A stretch of DNA of 47,956 bases. Source: Myxococcales bacterium. Lineage in GTDB: Bacteria; Myxococcota_A; Polyangia; Fen-1088. This document shows, in pieces, positions 18,255-29,265 of the stretch (within the stretch, counting starts at the first letter, position 1; each line of letters begins with the position of its first letter). The position numbers and the translations under genes are program-made. The notes beneath the pieces were generated by a model. The model was not told the DNA's origin. It was given only the letters and a program-made list of their open reading frames with translations, and searched no databases. The stretch lies in contig PMKP01000223.1 in the NCBI GenBank assembly GCA_003157775.1, positions 1 to 47,956 on the forward strand, given 5' to 3'.

Positions 18255-20222
18255 TTATTTCGCCCCGTCCTTGAGCCGTTTCGCTTCGGCAAACGATTGA
18301 TCGGCGAGTTCCTTCTGGCCTAGCTTCGCTGCCAGCTCGCCGATGTTCTGCTGCACCCACCAACGAGCTGGGTAAAGCCTGTCGATCTCCTGGAAGTAAC
18401 TGATGCCGGCCGGATACAACTCGGCCCGGTCCCAGAACGGGGTGGAGATGGCAACGATCTGGCCTTCAGTCTGCTGCGGGTCCAGGCCCCGGCACCGGGT
18501 GGTATATTCCACGCTCGCGCGCCAGTCGCCGAGCCCGGCCGAGGCGGTCGCGATCCCCTTGTAGATGGCGAACATCTCCCGGCTCAAGGCAATGCTCGCC
18601 TTGAAGTCCTGCAGCGCAGCCGCATATTCCTTTCGCTTGAGGAAATACTCGCCGCGGTAGACCAGCGCTTGGGCCGAATACTGTTCGGTCTGCACTGCCC
18701 GGTCGAAGTGGTACCTGGCCTGGTCCCATTTGCCGAGTTGCTGATACGCGATGCCCAGGTTGATGTGGATGATGTGCCAATTGGGCGCCAGTTCCAGAGC
18801 CAGGCGATAGTACCTGAGCGCCTCGTCGTACTGCCCTCGGCGCATGAAGATCAGCCCGTAATTGACGTACGCGCGCGAGGAAGGCGCCTTCTTGATGATG
18901 TCGCGGTAGTAGGATTCCTCGTTGACAAACACCCGGTTGCGCTGCAACGTCAGGGAAAAGAACGCCGCCAACAGGATGGTCAGGCCGGCTGCAGCGAAAG
19001 CACGGGCAACCGCACTTGAGCGGCCGATGCGGAATGCGAAGAGCGACGCGGGGATGATCCAGGTCAGCGACAGGATGGCAAGCGGCAGGTAGGGCCGGTG
19101 CTCGTTCACCATCTCGGCCAGCGGCATGATCGACGAGGTTGGCGAGATGAGAGCGAGCGCCGAAAGCGCGGCGAACGCGAGATACGCGTGGCGCGGGAAG
19201 AACCACCGGATGAGGCCGGCCGCCAGCACCCAGCCCGCAATGGCCAGCAACACTTCGGGCGCCAGCAGGGAACGGAACACCGGATAGGTCAGGTCGTCGG
19301 CCACGAGCTGCACCGGCGCGAACCAGGTCAGCACGTAGTGCCACCAGGCTGTGGTCTGGGTGAAAAGATACGCCGACGACGTCATATCGGCCGCATGCCG
19401 TGCCGCCTGGTGGTAGCCGGCCATGGCGTGCAGGTAGCACACAAGATACAAGCCGGTGATCGCGACGAAGACCGAAATGCGCTTTAGGGTTGCCCGGTTG
19501 CAGGTGGCCGCGATGTCGCGCAGCAGGCCGCCGTGCATGACCTGCGCAGGGTTCCCCGCCCGTTGTCGGGCCGTGTGCGTGACGTCGTAGAAGAAGTACA
19601 CGGCCAGGCCGCCGATGGCCTCGATTTTCGTGAACAGCGCGAGCGCATAGAGGATCGCCGCAGCGACGGGAAAGATTGAAGACGAATCGTGGTGCCGGGG
19701 TCGCATGTACAGCACGATCGATGGAAGGAGGAATGCGGCGGCAAGCAGTGACGACCGGGCCGAAAGGTAGTTGATCACGCCCGACGTCGTGGGGTGCACG
19801 GCGAACAGCAGTGCTGCGACAAGGGGAATGGTGGCGTGCTGCAAGAGCGGCAGGTCGGGATGGAACTCTTGCAGGATGCGACGGCAGAGAAAGTACAAGC
19901 CCAACACGCACACGAGGTGCAGGAGGATCTGTGCCAGATGCCACGACCAGGTGTCGTATCCGCTGATGGCGTAGTTGATCGCATGGGTAACCTGCAGCAC
20001 CGGCCGGTAATCGGCATTGGCGGGCAGGCTGGTGAGCGTGCGGCCGTCGAGAAAGTACTGCGGAATGAATTTCAGACTCCTGACATAGGAGTTCTCCAGC
20101 AGGAGATGACTGCAATCGAGCGGATAGTCATGCCGGTAGTTGTTCGAAAATACGGCAAAGACAGCCACCGTCAGCACGGCGGTGTGCAAAGGCACATGGT
20201 ATCGGAGAAAGAAGCTTCTCAT
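18255..20222 (-). CDS. TMTC-like GT-C membrane protein with C-terminal TPR repeats (putative protein O-glycosyltransferase)
   Basis: Start MRSFFLRY; N...YRP, H...ILLH, LLFAVHP...V.YLSARS, LALFTK.EA, EHRPYLP, RN; several TPRs. Confidence 0.8.
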   Translation of the reverse strand: MRSFFLRYHVPLHTAVLTVAVFAVFSNNYRHDYPLDCSHLLLENSYVRSLKFIPQYFLDGRTLTSLPANADYRPVLQVTHAINYAISGYDTWSWHLAQILLHLVCVLGLYFLCRRILQEFHPDLPLLQHATIPLVAALLFAVHPTTSGVINYLSARSSLLAAAFLLPSIVLYMRPRHHDSSSIFPVAAAILYALALFTKIEAIGGLAVYFFYDVTHTARQRAGNPAQVMHGGLLRDIAATCNRATLKRISVFVAITGLYLVCYLHAMAGYHQAARHAADMTSSAYLFTQTTAWWHYVLTWFAPVQLVADDLTYPVFRSLLAPEVLLAIAGWVLAAGLIRWFFPRHAYLAFAALSALALISPTSSIMPLAEMVNEHRPYLPLAILSLTWIIPASLFAFRIGRSSAVARAFAAAGLTILLAAFFSLTLQRNRVFVNEESYYRDIIKKAPSSRAYVNYGLIFMRRGQYDEALRYYRLALELAPNWHIIHINLGIAYQQLGKWDQARYHFDRAVQTEQYSAQALVYRGEYFLKRKEYAAALQDFKASIALSREMFAIYKGIATASAGLGDWRASVEYTTRCRGLDPQQTEGQIVAISTPFWDRAELYPAGISYFQEIDRLYPARWWVQQNIGELAAKLGQKELADQSFAEAKRLKDGAK

Positions 20223-20322
20223 TGGCTGCGGTGATGTGACGATCTCACGAAATTTGGTAGGTCGTCCAGCGGGTGCGAAAATGAGTCGCCCTAGCCGGGG
20301 TCGAAACGCAGCGCAGAGGGAA

Positions 20323-21267
20323 CTACCTTTGTTCTCCATACACTCGACGGTAGATGGCTTCAGCGGCTTCCAGCATGGCAGGGCCGGGCTCGTCGAGCAG
20401 CTCGGCGGGAAGCTCGATGATTCGGTCGGGCTCGTGGCAGGCGGCCAGGTGGTCGGCGCCAGGAAAGGCACAGACCGCCGCGGACATTCCCTGCTTGGTC
20501 ACAATCAGGTCGGGTTCCATGGCCAGAAGCTGCTCGGCTGAATAGGCGGGCCAGTCGCGATAAAGGGCGGCAGCGATGTCGACCAAACCAGCCGCGGTCA
20601 GGACGTCGTGCAGCGCCGTGCCGGTGGTGCCGCCTTGCACCTGGTTGCCAATGATCGACAGAAACAGGGCGGTCTTGCGCGGCCGCCCAGTGAGCGCCGC
20701 AGCCACGCTATTCATCCGTTGCACAAAGCTGCGCGCAAAGTTCTGGCCGCGTTCGGGCTGCCCCAAGAGTTCGGCCAGAGTCTTGGCTGCGCTGACCAGG
20801 CTACCGACACCGCGCAACTCGCCCAAGTCAAACACCTCGATGCCAGCGGAACGCAGCTTGGCTGTGCGTCCGGGTGTGCCGAAGCTGTTGCTGAGCACGA
20901 GGTCCGGCCGCAACGCAATCAGCGCCTCAACCGGGCCGAAGCCGTCGACAATCGGCTTGCCGGAATAGCGATAGCCGTCTTGCGGCCGCTCGGCAGCGGC
21001 GCGACTGAACGCCAGGATGCGGTCAGGCTCGGCGAGATCCAGGAGCAAACGATCGGTGACCAGATTGGTGGACACGATGCGGGTGTAGCGCCGCAACGGC
21101 ACGGGGTGGGAGGTTGCATCGGGAAGGCTTTCACGGGCAGTCGAACCCGGCGAAGTCGATGGGCCTCCGTGGACGGGCATGGCTCGGCCCGGGCCGCGGC
21201 CAAGCTGAACGGTCAGCCCGACAGCCGCTGCCAGGGCGCAAGCATTGGCCAGGGTCGCGCGGTTCAT
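20323..21267 (-). CDS. btuF: ABC transporter substrate-binding protein, cobalamin (BtuF-like)
   Basis: RIVSTNL...D.LL, EALIALRPDLVL, SAEQLLAMEPDLIV, PGPAM; lies in B12-riboswitch operon. Confidence 0.8.
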   Translation of the reverse strand: MNRATLANACALAAAVGLTVQLGRGPGRAMPVHGGPSTSPGSTARESLPDATSHPVPLRRYTRIVSTNLVTDRLLLDLAEPDRILAFSRAAAERPQDGYRYSGKPIVDGFGPVEALIALRPDLVLSNSFGTPGRTAKLRSAGIEVFDLGELRGVGSLVSAAKTLAELLGQPERGQNFARSFVQRMNSVAAALTGRPRKTALFLSIIGNQVQGGTTGTALHDVLTAAGLVDIAAALYRDWPAYSAEQLLAMEPDLIVTKQGMSAAVCAFPGADHLAACHEPDRIIELPAELLDEPGPAMLEAAEAIYRRVYGEQR

Positions 21268-22046
21268 GGCGAGCTGTCTTTCCCAGCCGGTATGCGAAAG
21301 CCAAACTGGGCGGCAGGCACGATCTCGACGCCGTAGACCCGGCGCACCGGCTCGGCAGAGATAACCTCGGCCGCAGGGCCCGCGCTAACCAAATGGCCAC
21401 TGGCGAGCAGCAGCGCCTGATCGCTCGCCTGCGCGGCTTCGTTGAGCTGATGGAGCGCCACCATGACCAGAGCACCGCGGCTCGCCAGGTCGCGCAGCAG
21501 GTGCAGCAAGCCAAGCGCGTGGGTCACATCCAGCGCTGCCGTGGGCTCATCGAGCAGGAGCACGCGTGCCTCCGTGGCCAGGGCGCGCGCCAACAGCACC
21601 AGCCGTCGCTCGCCGTAGGACAGGCGACTGAAGGATCGGCCGGCCAACCGGCGCGTGTCGGTCAGCTCCATGGCCCGCTCGATGGCCGCATCGTCGCGCT
21701 GGTCAGGCCGACCCCAGACATCCCGATAGGCGAAGCGGCCATGCGCCACCACATCGCGCACAGGCAAAGCCGCGTCTAGCGCCGAATGCTGGGGCACGTA
21801 GGCGACCAGGCGCGCGCGTTCTTGCCGGTCAAGCTGGGATGCCTCGCGTCCGTCGAGCCGCAGTTCACCCGAAAACGGCAACAAGCCGGCCAGGGTTTTG
21901 AGCAGGGTGCTCTTGCCCGCGCCGTTCGGCCCGAGCAGCGCCACGACCTGTCCTGCCCCCAGAGAAAAGGAAATCTCGTTGAGCAGCACGTGATTCCCCC
22001 GCTGTACTGTGAGCCCCTGCGCCTCGATGCAGGCCCGGTCAGCCAT
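21264..22046 (-). CDS. btuD: ABC transporter ATP-binding protein (BtuD/FepC-like)
   Basis: GPNGAGKST, YVPQ, LSYGE, LLLDEPT, H-loop. Confidence 0.85.
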   Translation of the reverse strand: MADRACIEAQGLTVQRGNHVLLNEISFSLGAGQVVALLGPNGAGKSTLLKTLAGLLPFSGELRLDGREASQLDRQERARLVAYVPQHSALDAALPVRDVVAHGRFAYRDVWGRPDQRDDAAIERAMELTDTRRLAGRSFSRLSYGERRLVLLARALATEARVLLLDEPTAALDVTHALGLLHLLRDLASRGALVMVALHQLNEAAQASDQALLLASGHLVSAGPAAEVISAEPVRRVYGVEIVPAAQFGFRIPAGKDSSP

Positions 22047-23025
22047 GGCTCACCTCGCGCTGAGAGCGCGCCAGCAGGACCAGAAACACGGGCGCTCCGA
22101 TGATGCCGGTAATCACGCCCAGGGGCAGCTCGGACCGGCTGGGGAAGACGCGCGCGATGATGTCGCAGGCGACGAGGAATGCGCCGCCCAGAAGGGCACA
22201 GGCAGGAATCAGGCGCCGGTGGCGCACGCCCACCAAGGGCCGCAGGGTGTGCGGAACGATGAGACCCACAAACCCCACGTTGCCGCCCACCGCGATGGCG
22301 GCAGCGGCCAGCACCGCCACCCAGGTCACGGCCCAGCGCCGGGCTCGGCCCACTTCTACGCCCAAGCTGGTGGCTTCCTCTTCGCCGGAGAGCAGCAGAT
22401 CGAGGGTGCCGCTCCACAGCCAGGATGCGACGATGCCGATGCCGACCAGGGGCAGGACCGCCAGGAGCTGGCGCGTGCTGACGCCACCCACGCCGCCCAG
22501 GGTGAAGGAAACCACGGCTCGGCTCATGTCCCAGGAGTCCTGCGCCAAGCTGGTGATGAAGCTGGACAGGGCCAAAAAGAGCGACGACAGGATGAAGCCG
22601 GTGAGGATGAGAGTCAGCGTGCCGGTGCGCTCGCGACAGAAGGTGAGCACGATGGTAAGAGAAAGGCCGGCCCCGAGAAGACAACCGAGGGGCAAAACCA
22701 TTTCGGCGCTGACCGCCACGCTGGCCAAAGGTGAGCCAGAAACCAAGGCCAGCATGGCCAACTGTCCGCCCAAGCTGGCGCCCGCGGTGGTGCCCAGAAT
22801 AGACGGGCTGACCAGCGGATCGCGAAACACGCCCTGGACCACGGCCCCGCCCGTGGCCAGGGCCGCGCCCGCGAGCAAGGCTGCCCCCACGCGGGTGGCC
22901 CGCAGGCCAAGCAGTGTTGAACGCAAAACCGGGTCGGCCAGACTGCCGTGCCCGACCAGCAGAGCCAACCCCACCGCTCCAATCAGGAGCGCCAGCAGGA
23001 CAACGTATGTGAGCGCGATCTTCAT
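22039..23025 (-). CDS. btuC: FecCD-family ABC permease (BtuC-like)
   Basis: GAALA.GGA.VQGVFRDPL.SP..LG, GEEEA.SLGV, GFVGLIVPH, ELPLGVIT. Confidence 0.85.
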   Translation of the reverse strand: MKIALTYVVLLALLIGAVGLALLVGHGSLADPVLRSTLLGLRATRVGAALLAGAALATGGAVVQGVFRDPLVSPSILGTTAGASLGGQLAMLALVSGSPLASVAVSAEMVLPLGCLLGAGLSLTIVLTFCRERTGTLTLILTGFILSSLFLALSSFITSLAQDSWDMSRAVVSFTLGGVGGVSTRQLLAVLPLVGIGIVASWLWSGTLDLLLSGEEEATSLGVEVGRARRWAVTWVAVLAAAAIAVGGNVGFVGLIVPHTLRPLVGVRHRRLIPACALLGGAFLVACDIIARVFPSRSELPLGVITGIIGAPVFLVLLARSQREVSHG

Positions 23026-23027
23026 GG

Positions 23028-24263
23028 TCAGTACAGTCCCAAATTGCGCGGTAGCAGGCCTGCGGCTGGGTCGCTTGAGAATGAAGGCAGCTCGGCGGGC
23101 GGCCAGACACTCACGTCAAACACATGCAGCTTGGGTGACTGTGGATCGGCATCGCCAAGAAGCACGCGCTGCGCATCCGGGTCAAAGACCAGACCTCCCA
23201 GCACCCAGGAGGTACTGGCGTCGAGAAGCTTCTGCGGCACGCCGCGGGTAAAATCGAACTGCCACAGTTGATCAGGTGGCGAGCCTGAAAAGTCGCCGGG
23301 CACGACAGCAAAGGCGAGGGTGGGGCTCACCACGGCGAGATCAGCGAATGAGAGCGGCCGGCCAAAGGCCGCGGCCATGAGAGGCTGCACCGTGGCAGGC
23401 GACGCCGACGTGTCAATCAGTGCCACGCCCGAGCCTTTGATCTGGTCCGCACCATCGGCAGGGGCCCCGAAGCATGCCACAGCCAGCGCTCCGTCTTGCC
23501 CGGGTACCGGCACGATGGCCCCGCAGTCTTTGAAGGCGGGCAGGTCGATGACCGAGCTGACGGTGTCGGTCGTCGGATCCACAACCACCACTCGGCCTGG
23601 CCCGGCCTGGCTGAAATCCGCGCTGAAGTTGTTGAGGGTGATGTAGATCTTGCCGCCCAGAACACGGGCGCGGTCGGGATTGGGATTGATGCCTGCTCCT
23701 CCCGTGGCGTAGGGGGAAAGGTCGATGCGGGCCACCGGCTTGCCGAGATCTAGATCCAAGATCAAGAGATCCGCGCCCTCGTCGAGGTCAGACGGGTCAG
23801 CGGTTGGCTTGGGGTTGGTCGAATTGCGGGTCACGTAGAACTTGTTGGCGGCAACCGCCACCACGTCATGCGGGTCAGCAGCAAACCCCGTGCTGACGCC
23901 GATTTCGCTGGTCACGGTGCAATCCGCGGGATTCACCCACACCAAGGCATTGTTGCCACGATCGATAAGCACCAGTGGATGGCCAGGCAGGGGCGCGCTG
24001 GGCAGCACTACGTCTCCGGACAGCCCCTGCGAAAGTTGTGGCGGCACAGTGCCCGAATTGAGGCAGTTGTCATACACCAGTGTGGCTGTTGCAGGATCAA
24101 CCAGGGAAAGCAGCGACGAAGTGTAGTCGACGCTGGTGTGGATGACGGCCAATCCGCTTGGGCCGCCGCTACCCGACGCCGGCGTAGCACCGCTGCCGCA
24201 AGCCAGACCAAGCAGTGCAGGGAGCACAAGAGCGAAAGCAGAATTGAAGCGTCGGTGGGTCAT
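23028..24263 (-). CDS. Beta-propeller lipoprotein in B12 uptake operon (BtuG/YncE-like)
   Basis: Start MTHRRFNS overlapping btuB stop; lipobox GLAC; propeller-like repeats (DPHDV...KFYVT; NPD...KIYIT; VVVVDPTTDTV). Confidence 0.8.
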   Translation of the reverse strand: MTHRRFNSAFALVLPALLGLACGSGATPASGSGGPSGLAVIHTSVDYTSSLLSLVDPATATLVYDNCLNSGTVPPQLSQGLSGDVVLPSAPLPGHPLVLIDRGNNALVWVNPADCTVTSEIGVSTGFAADPHDVVAVAANKFYVTRNSTNPKPTADPSDLDEGADLLILDLDLGKPVARIDLSPYATGGAGINPNPDRARVLGGKIYITLNNFSADFSQAGPGRVVVVDPTTDTVSSVIDLPAFKDCGAIVPVPGQDGALAVACFGAPADGADQIKGSGVALIDTSASPATVQPLMAAAFGRPLSFADLAVVSPTLAFAVVPGDFSGSPPDQLWQFDFTRGVPQKLLDASTSWVLGGLVFDPDAQRVLLGDADPQSPKLHVFDVSVWPPAELPSFSSDPAAGLLPRNLGLY

Positions 24264-26350
24264 TCCAGAGTCTCCTTGTTTGGGTCGGGCGTGGACCATT
24301 GCAGGGTGAGAAAAACCGAGCGGCCGGGCATGGGATAGCCGACCAGATCGACGACAGGGGTGTTGGCCAGGTTGTGCGCGCTGGCCACCAGGCGCAGCCC
24401 CCAATGGGGCGCGTCGATCTGGCCGCCGGCACCGAAAAGCACGCGCGGGTTGACCTCGACCAGGTTGGCAGAGTCGAGATAGTTGCCGCTGGTCGCGTCC
24501 AGGTCGGCGTACAGCCCCCAGCGCCAGCGCCCCGCCAACCTAAGATTGCGCAGCTCGGGCCGCGCGTAGGCGCGCAGGCGCGGTCGGTGGGGAAGCTGCT
24601 TGTCGTAGCTTCCGCTCACGTCCTCCAGGTCGCGGGCATCCGTGAAGGTGGTCTGTCCGAAGAAGCGAAAGCGGTGTCGCCAGTCCATGGTGGCCGAAAC
24701 TTCCGCGCCCAGGATGCGCGCACTACCGAGGTTGGCAGGGCGCAGGTACGTCCCGACTTGGCGGAAGTAGATCAGGTTGCGCGCCCAGGCGGCAAACAGG
24801 GAACCGTCGAGAGAAAGCCGCAGCCGCTCGCCCTTGCGGGTCCAGTTCGCGCCAAGGTCTGCATTGGTACCGGTTTCGGGCACAAGATCGGGATTGCCCA
24901 GTAGCTGGCCAGTGTTGCCATAGCGCTCGATCAGCGAGGGCAGACGACCGTAGTGCCCCAGATTTGCGCGCAGAGTGACCTGCTCGCTAGTCCATTGCAC
25001 AAGGGCCAGGCGCGCGTTGGGCAGCCAATAGGTGGCGGGTTGGGTGTCCGCGCCCAAGAGACGATAGCGCTCTGGGCGCGTGATGGTGTCTTTGGCTGCT
25101 TCCAGACGCAGCGACGGGATTATGGCCAGACGCAGGGAATGGATCAGCGTGCGCCCCTCAAAGCCGCCCGCACCAAAGACGCGCGATCCGGGTGGAATGG
25201 AAGCCGCGCCGGGAAGAACGCTTGAAGGATCGAATCGTTCGTAGCGACCCTCGGCAACGGCGGAAAACTTCAGCCATCCAGCAAGCGGCTTCGAGCCGGC
25301 GAGCGTGCCACCAGAGCTGGTCGAAAGGTCCCGCGTCTGGGTAGGCTGGCCCCCCGACAGATCGCCGCAGGGATCGTCGAGGCGCTGCCAGGTGGCCACG
25401 GTGTAGAGCTGGGCGCGCAGGTGGCTGCCCAGTTCGTCCCGTGACTCGTAGGCCGCAGTGGCGATGAGTCGGTCAGTGCCGAGCGAAGCCCCATTAGCTG
25501 TCACCGAGCCTGCCGGTGGTACGCCCTGGTCGCGATGAAGGAAGCTGGCCGTGCCCCAGATCTGTTGCCGCCCTGGCAAGAACCCGACGACATGGGCCAG
25601 GCCGTCGACTTGGCCGAGGGCATTGTTCTGGCGGCGGCTGATAGTATCGTCGCTGGTGGTGAAGCCTGTGGCGTTGTCGTTGGCATAGGTGAAGTCACCG
25701 GCTGAGCCAAGCCCATTCACGCTGCCGAGCAGGTGCAGATTCTTGCCGGCCCAGCGCGCTTGCACACCGCCGAACTCGGTGCCGAAAGAGCCGCCGCCGG
25801 CGTAGGCGCGCATGCCCGAGACTTCGGCTGTGGCACTGGACAGCGACACGATGCCGCCCATGGCCGAGGTGCCGAACCCGATGGGGCTCATGCCCCGGTA
25901 GACCTCGACCGAATCGAGATCTACGACCGGGATGAGCCCGATGTCCACTCCGCCACCAGAAGCTGCCGAGAGTGGCACGCCGTCGAAGTACACCTCGACC
26001 TGGTTGGCCGATGATCCGCGCAGCGACAGGGTGGCCAGCGAGCCGAGTCCGCCCAAGCGCGTGACCGAAACGCCGGGCAGCTCCGCAAGAAGCTGGGGCA
26101 GATCCTCGGCGCTGCGGGGAGTGCGTCCGGACGTGATCAGCGAAGACGACGCCGCGTCATCCTGGCGAGCCCGGTCCTCGGCCCCTGCCTCGGCCACCAC
26201 CACGGTCTCGTAGAGTGGTTCGGCCGCTTTCGCGGCGCCCGCCGCCATGCACAGAAGCGCCGCCGCGGAAGCGGCGCCTGGAAACAAAAGATTGTGCTTG
26301 CAGTCCCGATCGGCGATCTCCGCGCCAGTCGGCACCCTTTTCGACCACAT
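24260..26350 (-). CDS. btuB: TonB-dependent outer-membrane receptor, cobalamin (BtuB-like)
   Basis: TonB box ETVVV; plug LPGVSV...LSLRGS...V.V.FDGVP...SVEVYRG...GGIV; L.PE; C-terminal NL.N...GYPMPGRSVFLTLQW; riboswitch upstream. Confidence 0.9.
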   Translation of the reverse strand: MWSKRVPTGAEIADRDCKHNLLFPGAASAAALLCMAAGAAKAAEPLYETVVVAEAGAEDRARQDDAASSSLITSGRTPRSAEDLPQLLAELPGVSVTRLGGLGSLATLSLRGSSANQVEVYFDGVPLSAASGGGVDIGLIPVVDLDSVEVYRGMSPIGFGTSAMGGIVSLSSATAEVSGMRAYAGGGSFGTEFGGVQARWAGKNLHLLGSVNGLGSAGDFTYANDNATGFTTSDDTISRRQNNALGQVDGLAHVVGFLPGRQQIWGTASFLHRDQGVPPAGSVTANGASLGTDRLIATAAYESRDELGSHLRAQLYTVATWQRLDDPCGDLSGGQPTQTRDLSTSSGGTLAGSKPLAGWLKFSAVAEGRYERFDPSSVLPGAASIPPGSRVFGAGGFEGRTLIHSLRLAIIPSLRLEAAKDTITRPERYRLLGADTQPATYWLPNARLALVQWTSEQVTLRANLGHYGRLPSLIERYGNTGQLLGNPDLVPETGTNADLGANWTRKGERLRLSLDGSLFAAWARNLIYFRQVGTYLRPANLGSARILGAEVSATMDWRHRFRFFGQTTFTDARDLEDVSGSYDKQLPHRPRLRAYARPELRNLRLAGRWRWGLYADLDATSGNYLDSANLVEVNPRVLFGAGGQIDAPHWGLRLVASAHNLANTPVVDLVGYPMPGRSVFLTLQWSTPDPNKETLE

Positions 26351-26351
26351 G

Positions 26352-26386
26352 AAAAAACCCCCGTTCCGTCGGCGGAAGCGGGGGTC
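26352..26386 (-). terminator. Intrinsic terminator / expression platform of cobalamin riboswitch
   Basis: GACCCCCGCTTCCG-CCGA-CGGAACGGGGGTTTTTT directly before ATG. Confidence 0.7.
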
Positions 26387-26437
26387 GCAAGCTGCAAGCT
26401 CGGCGCCCGGTTCCTCCTCGGGAAAGGCATCGTGGCT

Positions 26438-26635
26438 GACGCGGGCAGGTTTCCTGGCTCGTGGGTCTTGCGGCAAAGCCGCGTCGCCTGTTCCAGCCTT
26501 CCCAGAGTGTGTTCTCCAGTGGCGAGATCGAAATAGGCTTCCCACATACAGTGGCGGGACCGCGCCGGAATGGCACCCTTGGGTGCGCACCGGCTTCCCT
26601 TATCAGCGGGGCCGTCGAGGCCCCACGCCCGCGTC
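26438..26635 (-). ncRNA. Cobalamin (AdoCbl) riboswitch
   Basis: Minus strand: AAGGGAAGCCGGTG...ATTCCGGCGCGGTCCCGCCACTGT...GCCACTGG...GGGAAGG...GAGCCAGGAAACCTGCC; closing stem GACGCGGGC/GCCCGCGTC. Confidence 0.95.
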
Positions 26636-26660
26636 GCTATTCAGTTGTCAGTGAGGCGGC

Positions 26661-26689
26661 AAGCTAGTCTGCGCCCTGGGGTCTGTCAA
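26661..26689 (-). promoter_or_regulatory. Sigma70-like promoter of btu operon
   Basis: TTGACA-17 bp-TAGCTT on minus strand just upstream of riboswitch. Confidence 0.55.
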
Positions 26690-26771
26690 GCGTGTGGTAG
26701 GCGCGACCTGCGGTCGCCCCGCGGCGCGCGTTTTTTTTGGCGCTTTGATCGTTTCTGCTAGTCTCCCAACC

Positions 26772-29237
<2,466 letters not shown>

Positions 29238-29265
29238 GAACTCGCCTCGCGGCCGCGTCCGGCCG

